This document shows positions 1 through 12,223 of a DNA stretch of 64,000 nt, piece after piece. This DNA comes from Azolla caroliniana (lineage: Eukaryota > Plantae > Polypodiophyta), in the NCBI GenBank assembly GCA_043228905.1, contig JBHGNT010000002.1, positions 7,998,001 through 8,062,000 of the forward strand, written 5' to 3'. Within the stretch, counting starts at the first letter, position 1. Each line of letters starts with the position of its first letter. The position numbers and the translations under genes were made by a program. The notes beneath the pieces were generated by a model. That model was not told the DNA's origin and searched no databases. It was given only the letters and a program-made list of their open reading frames with translations.

Positions 1-1243
1 CTTAGTTCGGGGGTTGTAGCACTTATACCCCTTTTGCTCATGCAAGTAACTAACTAGAATGCACTTCTCCGACTTCGGATCCAACTTCCTCCGCTTCTCA
101 TCCGGTACACGCACATATGCTATGCTACCGAATATTCGAAGGTGTCTCAAATTCGGCTTTTGCCCGAAATATAGCTCATTTGCTGACACCTTGTTACCGA
201 TCCGGTTTTGGATGTAGACGGCCATCCGAACCGCCTCGGCCCAGTAGAAATGGGGCATGCTCTTCTACTCCAGCATTGCCCTTGCCGCGTCGACAATCGA
301 CCGGTTCTTCGTTTTGGCCACATTATAATTTAGAATACTAGTACAAAGTGTTCCATGTATTGATTATATTGATAAAAGAAGTGCCAAAATTGGATATATT
401 TGCCTTAGAAGCTCCAAGTGTTGTTGAAGCCAACTTATCCATATAGGTTAAACCTTTTCAAACCTCTCAATTAATTTCTCTTATGAATAATCTGTGTCAA
501 TATTTCCACATGATAGAGGAACATTGGAATAATAATGTTACATGCATAACCATAACTAATCATGAGATATGTTTCTCCTATCATGCTCGGTCGACGAGTC
601 TCACTTGACGGTGATTGTCGATACTAGTGCCTTGTTGAGCCTCCTTTCTTTCGAGACATGGGAGAGACTGGGTTTTCTTGTACTAGAAGCATGCAAAGAT
701 GTGCCCCACAGGTTCAATGGGTCCACAACATGTTGTCTCAGACTACTCATGTGCAATATCAAAACGAAGCACAATGCACATGCAATCAATGCCGACATCC
801 TCCCACCCGATGTGTTGTACACACCTTGTCTTTTAGGTCAAGATTGGTATCGCGCTAGCCAATGCTTAATACCTCCGAACACAAACACCATCCACTTGCG
901 TACCTCCATAGGCCTGAATGCTGAATGGATGACTGTTGCTGGGCCATCAAGAGTCAGTACGCCCAAAATCATGACAACCTCGACATGTCACAATCACCTC
1001 ATGTGGAACGCCCCCTTCGGCACCCTCGACATAGTAAGCACTCAACCTCGACATCCTTGACTGGCGCCAATAAGCAACCCTAGTCGACCAAATCACACAA
1101 ATGGGTGAACATACATGGGACCTTCACCGATGACCCTCAAAATTTGCAAGTAGTGGTATGGCAAGTACACAAGGTATTTACCAAAGCACAAGGATGGCAT
1201 GAAGGCGCCACCCAGTTCTGGGTACTGAAACATAGTCGCCTAT
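1..1243 (+). pseudogene. Degenerate Ty3/Gypsy-like gag-protease remnant (host of the Copia at 1244-9640; continues at 9646)
   Basis: ORF 569..1060 has retropepsin-like motifs VIVDTSALLSLLS (D-T/S-G-like) and LLGQDW; heavily decayed. Confidence 0.45.
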
Positions 1244-1793
1244 TGAAGAGAAAAGCACGAAATATTGCTCGGCCACAACCGAGTCTTGAATCACTTCAAT
1301 GATAATGAAACATAGAGATGGGAAGTAGAGAGTACACAAAGGAAATACACAGGATGTTTACGTGGAAAAACCTAAGTGGGAAAACCATGGGAACCCACAG
1401 ACTCCAACTATCACTATAGGAGAAAGATACAATCAGAGCCTCGGAGGCAATGACCTCGAGCTCTATATCTTCGCCAATCGGCGGTTACAACAGAGTATCG
1501 CTCTGTATCTCACACACTCTCTCTCTGTTGCTCTCTGTACAACAGTTACAACAATATGACAGCAACACTTAGTGATTGCCCTAAGTCATATTTATACTTA
1601 TATGAACTTAGGGCTATTTACAAATATAGCTTCAATAGGCTTACTCAAAACATATTTACAAATATGTCTTCTCTTCCGGTTCTCACCGGGTCCACCCAAT
1701 TTGGCTTCCGAATCTCTTCCGGTTCTCACCAGGTCTTTTTCATTCATAACTAGATCCCATCCGGAGGGACCGATTTCCCAACAATCACCCCCT

Positions 1794-3738
1794 TCACTCC
1801 GGCATGGGATGTCTCGCTAGCCCGATCCGCTTTCGGCACGCGTCCAGCTTGTCGGTTGTCAACACCTTGGTCAACATGTTTGACCCGTTCTCCTCCGTGT
1901 AGATCTTCATCATCACGCCCTCTTGATCTTCTACTCTCTCCCGGGTCCAGTGGTACCTTCGTTGGATATGTTTCGTCCGGGAATGGTAGGACACATTCTT
2001 TGCAAGGTGGATGACACTTTGACTGTCGTAGTAGAGCCGGTATTCCTCATGTTGGATTCCTAGCTCTTCGATGGAGTCCTTCATCTAGATTATCTCTTTG
2101 CCGGCTTCTACAACTGCCATGTACTCTGCCTCCATGGTTGACAACGCAACCGTGTTCTACAGCCTCGACTGCCATGAAACAGCTCCCCATGTATAAGTCA
2201 TGACATATCCGGATGTAGACTGGCTGGTATCCGCATCAGCCGACATATCCGAATTCGTGAATCCTTCAAGTTGGAGGTTACTGGAGCCGAACCGGAGGCA
2301 TATACTCGAGGTGCCTTTTAGATACCGGAGTATCCACTTGACCGTGTTCCAATGCTCTCTTCCGGGATTGGTCATGAACTCACTCACCACTTTGACTGCA
2401 TATCCGATATCCGACCGGGTACATACCATCGCGTAGATCAAGCTTCTAACGACAGAGGCATATGGCATATGGTATCTTCATCATATCCGTCTTCTCCGCC
2501 TTTGTCCTCGGGCTTTGTTTTCTGGATAGCTTGCAGTTTGCCGGAAGTGTCGATCCGATCGGCTTCGCCTCCGACATGTTGAATCTTTGAAGCACCTTTG
2601 TCACGTACTTCTCTTGTGACAACCACACCAGCTTCTTCGACCGGTCCCGGATGATGTGCATTCCCAATATCTGTCTTGCCAGACCCAAGTCTTTCATTGA
2701 GAAGGTCCGGTTCAAAGCCTTCTTAGCACCCGAATCTTGCATTGGTCTCCTCCAACGATCAACATATTATCCACATATAGGAGTATTAGGAAATCTCCTC
2801 CATCCAATTTCTTCACAAACACGCAATGATCAGCATGCGTCTTGTGGTACCATTGGTCGGTCATGAAGGAGTCAAACTTCCGGTACCATTGCCAGGGAGC
2901 TTGCTTCAGTCCGTATAAGCTCTTCTTCAGCCGGTACACCAAGTGCTCTTTCCCTTTCTTCTCAAATCCTTCCGATTGATGCATGTAGATCTCTTCTTCG
3001 AGGTCTCCATGTAGGAATACCGCTTGACGTCCAGTTGCTCTACCTCGAGGTCCATGCTTGCTGCTATGCTCAGCTCCGTCCGGATGGAAGTCATCTTAAC
3101 TACCGGGGCAAAAATCTCGTCGAAATCCACTCCTTTCTTCTGCTGTTACCCCTTCACCACAATCTGGGATTTGTATCTTGGTGGGTTTCCAGCATCTCCT
3201 GGTTTTGGCTTGTACACCCACTTGTTCCGGAGTGCCCTCTTTCCTTTCGGCAACTCTGTTAGTTCATATGTGCGGTTCTCATGTAGGGAATCCATCTCAT
3301 CTTGCATGGCACTCAACCACTTGCGGCTGTGGGTGTCTCTCTTTGCTTCTTCAAATCTTTCCGGCTCCCCCTCATCGGTTAGCAACACATGCTCTGCATT
3401 CGGAAATCTCCGGGGGGCTCTTCTCTCTCGAAGAGGATATCTCCATCCTTGGTTTTTGACTACTGGTTCCTCCGTTTGTTCCTCATCCTCATCCGATTCA
3501 GGATCTTGTTCATTTTCGGTGTCTTCTTCTTCTTCTTCTTCTTCGATTGGTTCAGTTTCTTGTTCGTATCGGGCCGGTTCGTCGAGTGTCATTTTGTTAC
3601 CGGCCAACGTCTGGTTTTCAACCAGGTAGGTCCTTGTGTCCTCAAACCGGTTTTCATTGGATGATCCGGGGTTGATCATCTTCTTCTCTGACTCCCAGTC
3701 GGCAATGGTCCTGTCTTCCATAAAGACTATGTTCGGAT
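1794..3738 (-). pseudogene. Copia pol fragment (end of integrase, RT, RNase H), disrupted
   Basis: ORF pieces with KKSLYGLKQAP, LLYVDNML, YHSRTKHIQRRYHW; stops and frameshifts. Confidence 0.9.
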
Positions 3739-4498
3739 TGTAGAAAATTATGGAATATTGCTCACCCACAACCGAGTCTTGAACACAGAAAATGACACAG
3801 GCTGTTTACACGGAAAACCCTAATAGGGAAAAACGACGGGAGCCCACAGACTCCGAACTATCATTATGAAGAGAAAGGGTACAATCAGAGACTCGGAGGC
3901 AACAACCTCGAGCTTTGTTTCTTCCCACAATGGCAGTTACAACAGAGTATCACTCTGTATCTCTCTCTCTACCTCTCTTTGTCTCTCTTTGTACAACAGT
4001 TACAACAATATGACAACACTCTATAAAGTGATTGCCCTAAGTAATATTTATACTTATATGAACTTAAGGGCTATTTACAAATATAGCCTCAATGGGCTTA
4101 CTCAGGAATTATTTACAAATCTGTCTTCTCTTCCAGTTCTCACCGGGTTCCATCCGGAGGGACAGATTTCCCAACAATCTCCCCCTTCACTCCGGCATGG
4201 GATGTCTCGCTAGCCCAATCCGCCTTCAGCATATGTTTAGCTTGTCGGTTGTCAACACCTTGGTTAGCATATTCGACTTGTTCTCCTCCTTGTGGATCTT
4301 TGTCAACACGAACTCTTGATCTTCTACTCTCTCCCAGATCCATCGGTACCTTTGCTAGATATGTTTCGTCCGGGAATGGTAGGCCGCGTTCTTTGCAAGG
4401 TGGATGGCACTTTGACTGTCAAAATAGAGCCAGTATTCCTCCACTTGGATCCCTAGCTCTCTGATGAAGTCCTTCATCCAGATTATCTCCTTGCTGGC

Positions 4499-5308
4499 TG
4501 TTGGGAGACAGGTCCCTCCGGATGGGAAGGGAGAAGAACAGTGCCGATGAACGAACTCGGCCGAGGCCGAAACCGTATGAGGAGGACCCGGCTACGGAGA
4601 GCCGGATGGTGCAGGCCCGGTATGAACCGGATGAGGAGTACTCGGCTACGGAGAGCCGGATGGTGCAGGCCCGGTATGAACCGGATGAGGAGTACTCGGC
4701 TACGGAGAGCCGGATGGTGCAGGCCCGGTATGAACCGGATGAGGAGTACCCAGCTACGGAGATCCGGATGATATAGACCCGGTGAAGACCGGATGAGGAA
4801 TACCCGGCTACGGAGAGCCGGATGGCACAGACCCGGTGAGAACCGGATGAAGAGACATATTCGTAAATATGTTTCTGAGAGCCCATCGAGGCTACATTTG
4901 TAAATAGCCGAAAAGTCATATTAGTATAAATATGACTTAGGGCAAACTTTTAGTAATTGTTGTTGTCATTTTTCTTTGTTGGTGCAAGAAGAAGAGAGAG
5001 CACGTTATAGTGTACAGAGAGAGAGAGAGAGAGAAAGAGGTCGTTGCCTCTGTTGTAACCGCCGCCTGTGGCGAAGATCTGTGAGCACGAGGTCGTTGCC
5101 TCAGTGAACTCACTGTTGTACATTCTCACATAGTGACAGTTTGTAGCTTGTGGGCTGCCGTGGTTTTTCCCTCTTTGGGTTTTCCACGTAAACCTCCTCT
5201 GTATCTTCCTCTCCTTTGAGTCGTGTTTTTCATTTCCTATTTTCTGTGTATGAAAATAATCTTGGTTGTGGCCGAGCTTTGTGCATAAGGAGCGTTGAGT
5301 TCCCGTCA
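4499..5308 (+). mobile_element. Solo LTR of the Tnt1-like Copia family
   Basis: TG...CA termini, TSD CTGGC (4494-4498, 5309-5313), similar to LTRs at 53941 and 58698. Confidence 0.92.
4571..4845 (+). repeat. 54-bp tandem repeat (~5 copies) in LTR U3
   Basis: Unit AACCGGATGAGGAGTACTCGGCTACGGAGAGCCGGATGGTGCAGGCCCGGTATG; appears as an 18-aa periodicity in overlapping ORFs. Confidence 0.9.
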
Positions 5309-8300
5309 CTGGCTTCTACCGCTGCCATGTACTCCGCCTCCGTGGTTGACAACGCAACTGTCTTCTACAACCTCGACTGCCACGAAACAGCTCCCCCTGC
5401 ATAAGTCATGACATATCCGGATGTAGATCGGTTGGTATCCGCATCAGCCAACATATCTGAATCCGTGAATCCGTCAAGTTGGGGATTACCGGAGCCGAAC
5501 TGGAGGCACATACTCGAAGTGCCTTTCAGATACCGGGGTATCCACTTGAACGCATTCCAATGCTCTCTTCCGGGATTGCTCATGAACCGGCTCACCACTC
5601 CGACTGCATATCCGATATCCGGCCGGGTACATACCATCGCGTACATCAAGCTCCCGACGGTAGAGGCATATGGTATCTTCATCATATCTATCTTCTCCGC
5701 CTTTGTCCTCGGGCTTTGTTTTCCGGATAGCTTGCAGTTTTCCAGAAGTGTCGATCCGACCGGTATTGGCTCCAACATGTTGAACCGTTGAAGCACCTTT
5801 GTCACGTACTTCTCCTGTGAAAACCACACTAGCTTCTTCGACCGATCCCGGATGATGTGCATTCCCAATATCTGTCTTGCCAGACCCAAGTCTTTCGTTG
5901 AGAAGGTCCGGTTTAGAGCCTTCTTCAACATCCGAATCTTGCCTTGGTCTCGTCCGACGATCAACATATCATCCACATATAGGAGGAGTATTAGGAAATC
6001 TCCTCCCAATTTCTTCACAAACACGCAGTGATCGGCCTGCGTCTTGTGGTACCCTTGGTCGGTCATGAAGGAGTCAAACTTCCGGTACCATTGCCAGGGA
6101 GCTTGCTTCAGTCCGTATAAGCTCTTCTTCAGCCGGTACACCAGGTGCTCCTTCCCTTCTCAAATCCTTCTGGTTGATGCATGTAGATCTCTTCTTCGAG
6201 GTCGCCATGTAGGAATGCCGTCTTGATGTCCAGTTGCTCTACCTCGAGGTCCATGCTTGCCGCTATGCTCAGTTCCGTCCGGATGGAAGCCATCTTAACT
6301 ACTGGGGCAAAATCTCGTCGAAATCTAGTCCTTTCTTCTGCTGTTACCCCTTCACCACAATCCGGGCTTTGTATCTTAGTGGGTTTCCAACATCTCCTGG
6401 TTTTGGCTTGTACACCCACTTGTTCTGGAGTGCCCTCTTTCCTTTCAGCAACTCCGTTATTCATATGTGTGGTTCTCATGTAGGGAATCCATCTCGTCTT
6501 GCATGGCACTCAACCACTTGCGGCTGTGGGTGTCTCTCTTTGCTTCTTCAAAGCTTTTCGGCTCCCTGTCATTGGCTAGCAACACATGCTCTGCATCCGG
6601 AAATTTCCGGGGGGCTCTTCTCTCTCGGAGAGGATATCTCCGTCCTTGGTTTTTGACTACTGGTTCCTCTGTTTGTTCCTCATCCGAATCCGATTTGGGA
6701 TCTTGTTCGGTTCCGATGTCTCCTTCTTCTTCGGTCGGTTCGGTTTAACCGGACGGTTCGTCGAGTGTCATCCGGTTTCCGGCTAACATCCGGTTTTCAT
6801 CCGAGTATATCCTTTTGTCCTCAAACTGGTTCTCATTGGATGATCCGGAGTTCATCACCTTCTTCTCCGACTCCAAGTCGGCAATGGTCCTGTCTTCCAT
6901 GAAGACTATGTCCTGACTTCGGAACACCTTCTTGTCGACCAAATCCCACACCCAGTAACCAAACTCATGATCGCCATATCCAAGAAATATGCATGGCCTG
7001 GACTTCGGATCCAGTTTTGCTCTCTTGTCGTTTGCAACATGCACGTATGCGATACACCCGAACACCTTCAGATGCCGGTAAGATACATTTTTAGCGGTGC
7101 ATACTTTCTGAGGTGAGTCTCGTTCCAAGGGTGCTGAAGGTGATCTATTTATCACATAGGTCGCCATTGTCAGTGCCTCAACCCAAAATGTCTTGGGTAA
7201 CTTTGCATGTGCTAGCATGCTCCGGACTCTCTCCATTATGGTTCGGTTCATCTCTTCAGCCAGTCCGTTTAGTTTCGACGTCTTTGGCACAGTAACTCGA
7301 GCCGGATTCCCTTCGACCGACAGTACTCCTCGAACTGCCCCCGGTATTCTCCTCCGTTATCTTCTCGAACCGCCTTCAGCTTCCTGCCAGTTTCTCTTTC
7401 CACTCTCGTGTGGAGCTCCTTGAAGACGTATAACACTTGATCCTTCGTCTTGAACGGTGAGACCCACAACTTCTGGCTGTGGTCGTCTATGAACGTCACA
7501 AAGTACTACGATCCGGCATTTGACTTTATGTCGACTTGACACACATTGGTATGCACCAGCTCCAGTGGTGCATTCCATCTCACCGGTTGTCTTGACCGGA
7601 AGCAGGTTTGGTTTTGCTTGCCGGCCAAGCAGCCGGTGCACTTCTCAAGTTGCAAGTCTTTCACCGGAATGGTTGTCTTTGGCAAGCCTCTTCATCCCCT
7701 TCTCACTCATGTGACACAGCTCACCGGCAGTGTCGGATGCCACGTTCACTTCTTCCCGGCATATTCGGGCATGCATAAGATATAGCGTGTTCACCTTCCG
7801 GGCTCGAGCCACTATTAAGCTCCCTGTGCTGAACTTCATGACTCCGTTTCGGATGCTACCCGTGTAGCCCTCATCATCTAGCCGACCGGCTGATATAAGG
7901 TTTAGTCGAACCTTTGGAACGTGTCAGACATTCTTCAGCAACAACTTGCATCTGGTTGATGTTGTCAACGACACATCTCCTATGCTGACAATTCGGCATG
8001 CACCTTCATTTCCCATCCGGACACAACCATGATCACCGGATGTGTAGGATGAGAAGCATCTCCAATTCGGTGTCAGGTGGAACGACGCTCCGCAATCGAT
8101 AACCCACGTTGTCTCGACGCTAACAAGGTTTAACTCATTCTCTTCGGTGATGAGCATCAGTTCCTCTTCACTTGTCGCAATCGCCGACATTCCTTTTCGA
8201 TCCAGGCCTCTCCGGTCCGAACCGTTTCAGTCCGAACTCTTCTTTGAATTGGTAGTGCTGGTTTCTTTCTCCTTCTGAAAATGCTGTCAATTCTTCTGGA

Positions 8301-9906
8301 AGTGTCCTGGCTTCCCGCAATAGAAGCACGTGGGCCTCCCCCTTGACTTCGACCTCGTCCCTAACTTGTCCCGGTTTTGGGGACTCCGATACCGGCCTCT
8401 TTCTCGGTTGTGGTCATCTTCCGTGAGCAAGGCCTTCGGATCGGTTCCGGACTCCCGGTCCTTCCGACGAGCTTCTTCATTAGGCAAGCTTGATTTTACC
8501 CTTTCTAGGGACAACTGTTTTCCTTCTGGCCCGGCGTTGCCCAATGTGACAACTAACGTCTCCCAGCTATCCGGGAGGGAACCGAGAAGGAGCAATGTGA
8601 GTACCTCATCAGCGAGAGGTACTTCCAATGAGGTCGCTTGATGTATTAGCCCTTGGAAGGCATTCATGTGCTCCGCCATATTGGAGCCGTCTTGATACCA
8701 GAGCCTCACTAGCTTTCGGAATACTGAAACCCGATTAACGACATTCTTGTTCTGGAACATGATGCCGATCTTCTCCTAGAGTTCATGACCCTTGCTCTCT
8801 TCATTGAAGTTGTTGTACAGGCTCATGTCAATGAAGCACCGGATGTATGCTGTCGTCTTCATGTGCATCACCTCCCACACTGTGGCATTGATCTTTTCTG
8901 GTCTCTTGTCCTCGAACTGAACCGACAACTAAGGATCTTTAACCATCAACATATCCCTCATCTTCGATTTCCACACTGAGTAGTTGGAGCCGGTGAGCTT
9001 GAACATGCCACGGAATGATTCTTCCATTTCCTGTGTTGTTCGCTCTAATACCAGTTTGTAGAGAATCACGAAATATTGCTCAGCCACAACCGAGTCTTGA
9101 ATCACTTCAATGAGAATGAAACATAGAGATGGGACGTAGAGAGTACACAAAGGAAATACACAGGATGTTTATGTGGAAAACCTTAAGTGGGAAAAACTAC
9201 GAGAGCCCGCGGACTCCAACTATCACTATAGGAGAAAGGTACAATCAGAGGCTCGGAGGCAACGACCTCGAGCTCTGTATCTTCGCCAACCGACGGTTAC
9301 AACAGAGTATCGCTCTGTGTATCTCACACACTCTCTCTCTGTTGCTCTCTATACAATAGTTACAACAATATGACAACAACACTTAGTGATTGCCCTAAGT
9401 CATATTTATACTTATATGAACTTAGGGCTATTTACAAATATATCCTCAATAGGCTTACTCAAAACATATTTACAAATATGTCTTCTTTTTCGGTTCTCAC
9501 TGGGTCCATCTGATCCGGTTTCCAGATCTCTTCCGGTTCTCACTAGGTCCACCTGATCCGGCGTTTGGATCTCTTGCGGTTCTCACCTGGTCTTCTTCAT
9601 TCATAACCGGATCCCATCCGGAGGGACCGATTTCCCAACACCTATCAATACCTACATCTTGTACAAACACCGAATGTGTCTACTTGATGGCCTCAATTCG
9701 GCTTGCACAAGGCCCCACTACACCAAGCAACACACAACTCCGGACCAAGACAATGCACTTTGCATACTCTACAATAGTGGGTGTGAGATAACTATGAAGT
9801 GTGCTATCACTTGACCATCTCACATAAAGTAGTCAATTGTGAACACGTAAAGTCCTAGGGTTTTGGCTTATATAAGAAGGGTAACCACTTTCTTATTAGG
9901 GAGAGT

Positions 9907-10323
9907 TGACTTATATCAAGACCGTATCAATGTGGCCCTAGCTCTTAACTAAGCATGTGCAATTCTTGCAAAACCCAAGGTATGACTTGAATATCAACCA
10001 TTGATGATATGGATCATTGAGAAAATTTGGGTCCATCTCACATTGTCGCTAGGGGATTGTTGGGTGGTTTGACACCCCTCTTTCCTTTCTTTAGTCAACA
10101 ATGCCTTGCTTAATTAATTAGTTAGACTCTAACAATTGACATCAAAGTATATTGATTTTTTTTCTTCATATTTTCACAAGTTTTATTCTTGTGATTCTTG
10201 GATCGTTAAACACAACACAAACTCTTGACTCGTGATCAACTGAATTGTCGTTGCGTAAAACCACACGTATGTGTGCTACTTGTGTGGAACCATGGGGGAC
10301 CTAAACTAGGGAGGACGGTCACA
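9907..10323 (+). mobile_element. Putative 3' LTR of the old Gypsy-like remnant
   Basis: Purine tract AGGGAGAG just upstream; TGAC...GTCA(CA) ends; no partner LTR in window. Confidence 0.35.
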
Positions 10324-10380
10324 AAGTGAACGAATGATGATGATGTGAATGTACGAGTCAAGGTACACTTGAGAAGAATA

Positions 10381-10425
10381 GAAGAAGAAGAAGAAGAAGA
10401 AGAAGAAGAAGAAGAAGAAGAAGAA
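10381..10425 (+). repeat. (GAA)15 microsatellite
   Basis: Direct observation. Confidence 0.97.
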
Positions 10426-10434
10426 TATGATGAC

Positions 10435-11920
10435 TGTAAAAGATGATGTGAAGAAGCATTGTGCAAAACACAAGGTACTTAATCGGTTATCTAGAACAAC
10501 AACACATAGGTATACATAGAGAATGGAGATACATAGTATGAGAGAGACAACGAGAGAGAGAGAGAGCAAACAACAAAAACTCGTATTGAAACAATAATGC
10601 GTTGTACATAAAATGTGTTTAGTGAGTACTCTTTATACAAGTCCTAGAAGGACTGGTAGAAGTATTGACAAGTACTTGAATGCTCATTAACTGAGCCTGA
10701 CATTGTTAATAATTAGGTAATTAACTAAGGGTTAATTAGTATCTAATTATGTGAGTAGTTACTCACATATGTGATTAAGCTGCGTAAGATTATGTGATAT
10801 GTGTGTGTATATGTGCGAGAGGAAGAGAGAGAGGAAGTTACACTAAAACACTTTAAAGAGAATATGGGGGATGATTAACACAAGTGTAGCTCAAGGAACC
10901 CTTACTTATATTAAAAGACATCAAGTTACAAAAATACTCATAATGAGGTATATATACATGTCATGTGCAAAGGTGCACATGTGTGAGGAGAATAAAGGTA
11001 CAAGGGTGTAAGTCCTATATTAAATGAATTTGATAGAGGGGGATCTAGAGGTATCCCACTTAAATAAATGAAACAAAAACCTGTTTAAGACATTATAGTC
11101 AACATTCTAACTAGATTCTATTTATGTAACTATTGAGTTACATGGTTGACTAAATAACTAAACTTAGCTGAGCTTATATCTCAACAGACACTAAATACCT
11201 ATAATATTCCTATTTACTAAAATAGGAATATAGGCCCCTAACGGCCAGTCAGATTCCATCCGACTCGGCCTAACCAATCGGTCTTCATCCGATCCGACTC
11301 TCGGTTTCTTCAACCAATCTGGACCTAACTGATCGGTCTCCTTCCGATCTGGCTCTCGACTTCCTCATCCGATCCGGCTCAATGTGAGCTTGCTCGCTCA
11401 ACACTCCCCCTCAAGCTCAACTTGAGGTTCCTTGTCAACTCTAGTTGGTACACCGCTCCAACATCTCCTAACTTCATGCCTCCTCGCTCGAGCTCCTCGA
11501 CCTGTCCGATTCGACACTCCTCAACCTACTCGGTCGACTTGTCTGCTGCGAAGGTCTTCATCGGCCTTCTTCTTGCTTTTGCGACTTTGGCGCCTTCCCG
11601 TCCGTCTAGCCTTTATGTGATTCGGCTCATCCGAAACACTCTTCTCGACCAAATCGGCTGTTTCTGCTTCGTCTTCTTCCAGGCCCTTGACCACATCTGA
11701 CCACTTCCTGATCTTGGCCTTCATCTTCAGGTCAGCTTTGCCCTTCTTGGCTCTGCCACCTTCGTTGAATTTCGTAGCTCTACCTCACCTTGTTCAGTTG
11801 GCTCCGTCTCCACCTCTTTCTCTTCGCCACTCCCCCTCCATCCATCCTCGACTTCTTCAGATGTTCCGAAATTGAATTCCACATCCGATTTGGTTTTTCG
11901 AACTTCATCTCTCTCCTTCA
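10435..11920 (-). mobile_element. 3' end (3' LTR ~10435-11403, PPT, charged tail) of a Copia related to the element at 46759-52424
   Basis: Shares TTATACAAGTCCTAGAAGGACTG and TCAACACTCCCCCTCAAGCTCAAC with that element; truncated at 11920. Confidence 0.75.
10704..11186. mobile_element. Solo LTR of unassigned family, inserted in the LTR above
   Basis: TGTT...AACA termini, near-TSD GACAT/GACAC; host LTR sequence resumes after it. Confidence 0.65.
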
Positions 11921-12223
11921 TGTTAGATTTATGACCTAAAGTTAGCATATGATAAGGATAAAAGATAGATAGATAGAAAGGAGAGAGAGAAAGAAGGGTG
12001 CTAATCCACCCGACCATCCCCGAGCGAAGGGATCGAGATAAACTCGAGCCTCAATCAACGTCCCATACCATCGTCGTGGCGTCGAGTCGTACCTAGTGTT
12101 GGCGCGCTTGCTACAAGAGTTGGCCCACCACGAAACAGAGTCTCGACGTAGTCAAGATATGATCAAATGAGGGTAGCTAGGCCTCATATTTATAGCGATA
12201 CCCAAGGCCCCCAGGCAAGTTGA

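Larger units (their letters stand above)
4187..9027 (-). pseudogene. Copia gag-pol (gag, CCHC knuckle, PR, INT, RT, RH), disrupted and interrupted by a solo LTR
   Basis: CFYCGKPGHFQKNC, WVIDCGAS, NGLAEEMNRT, LLYVDDML motifs in Copia order. Confidence 0.9.
1244..9640 (-). mobile_element. Composite three-LTR Ty1/Copia (Tnt1/Tork-like) element
   Basis: TSD CCTAT at 1239-1243 and 9641-9645. Same-orientation LTRs at 1244-1783, 3739-4176 and 9057-9640. tRNA-Met PBS (GCTCTAATACCA on +) at 9042-9053. PPTs follow 1783 and 4176 on +. Confidence 0.9.

Noticed and set aside
4419-4919. Repeat-protein ORFs in the solo LTR
   Set aside because: Translation of the 54-bp U3 repeat; open in several frames.
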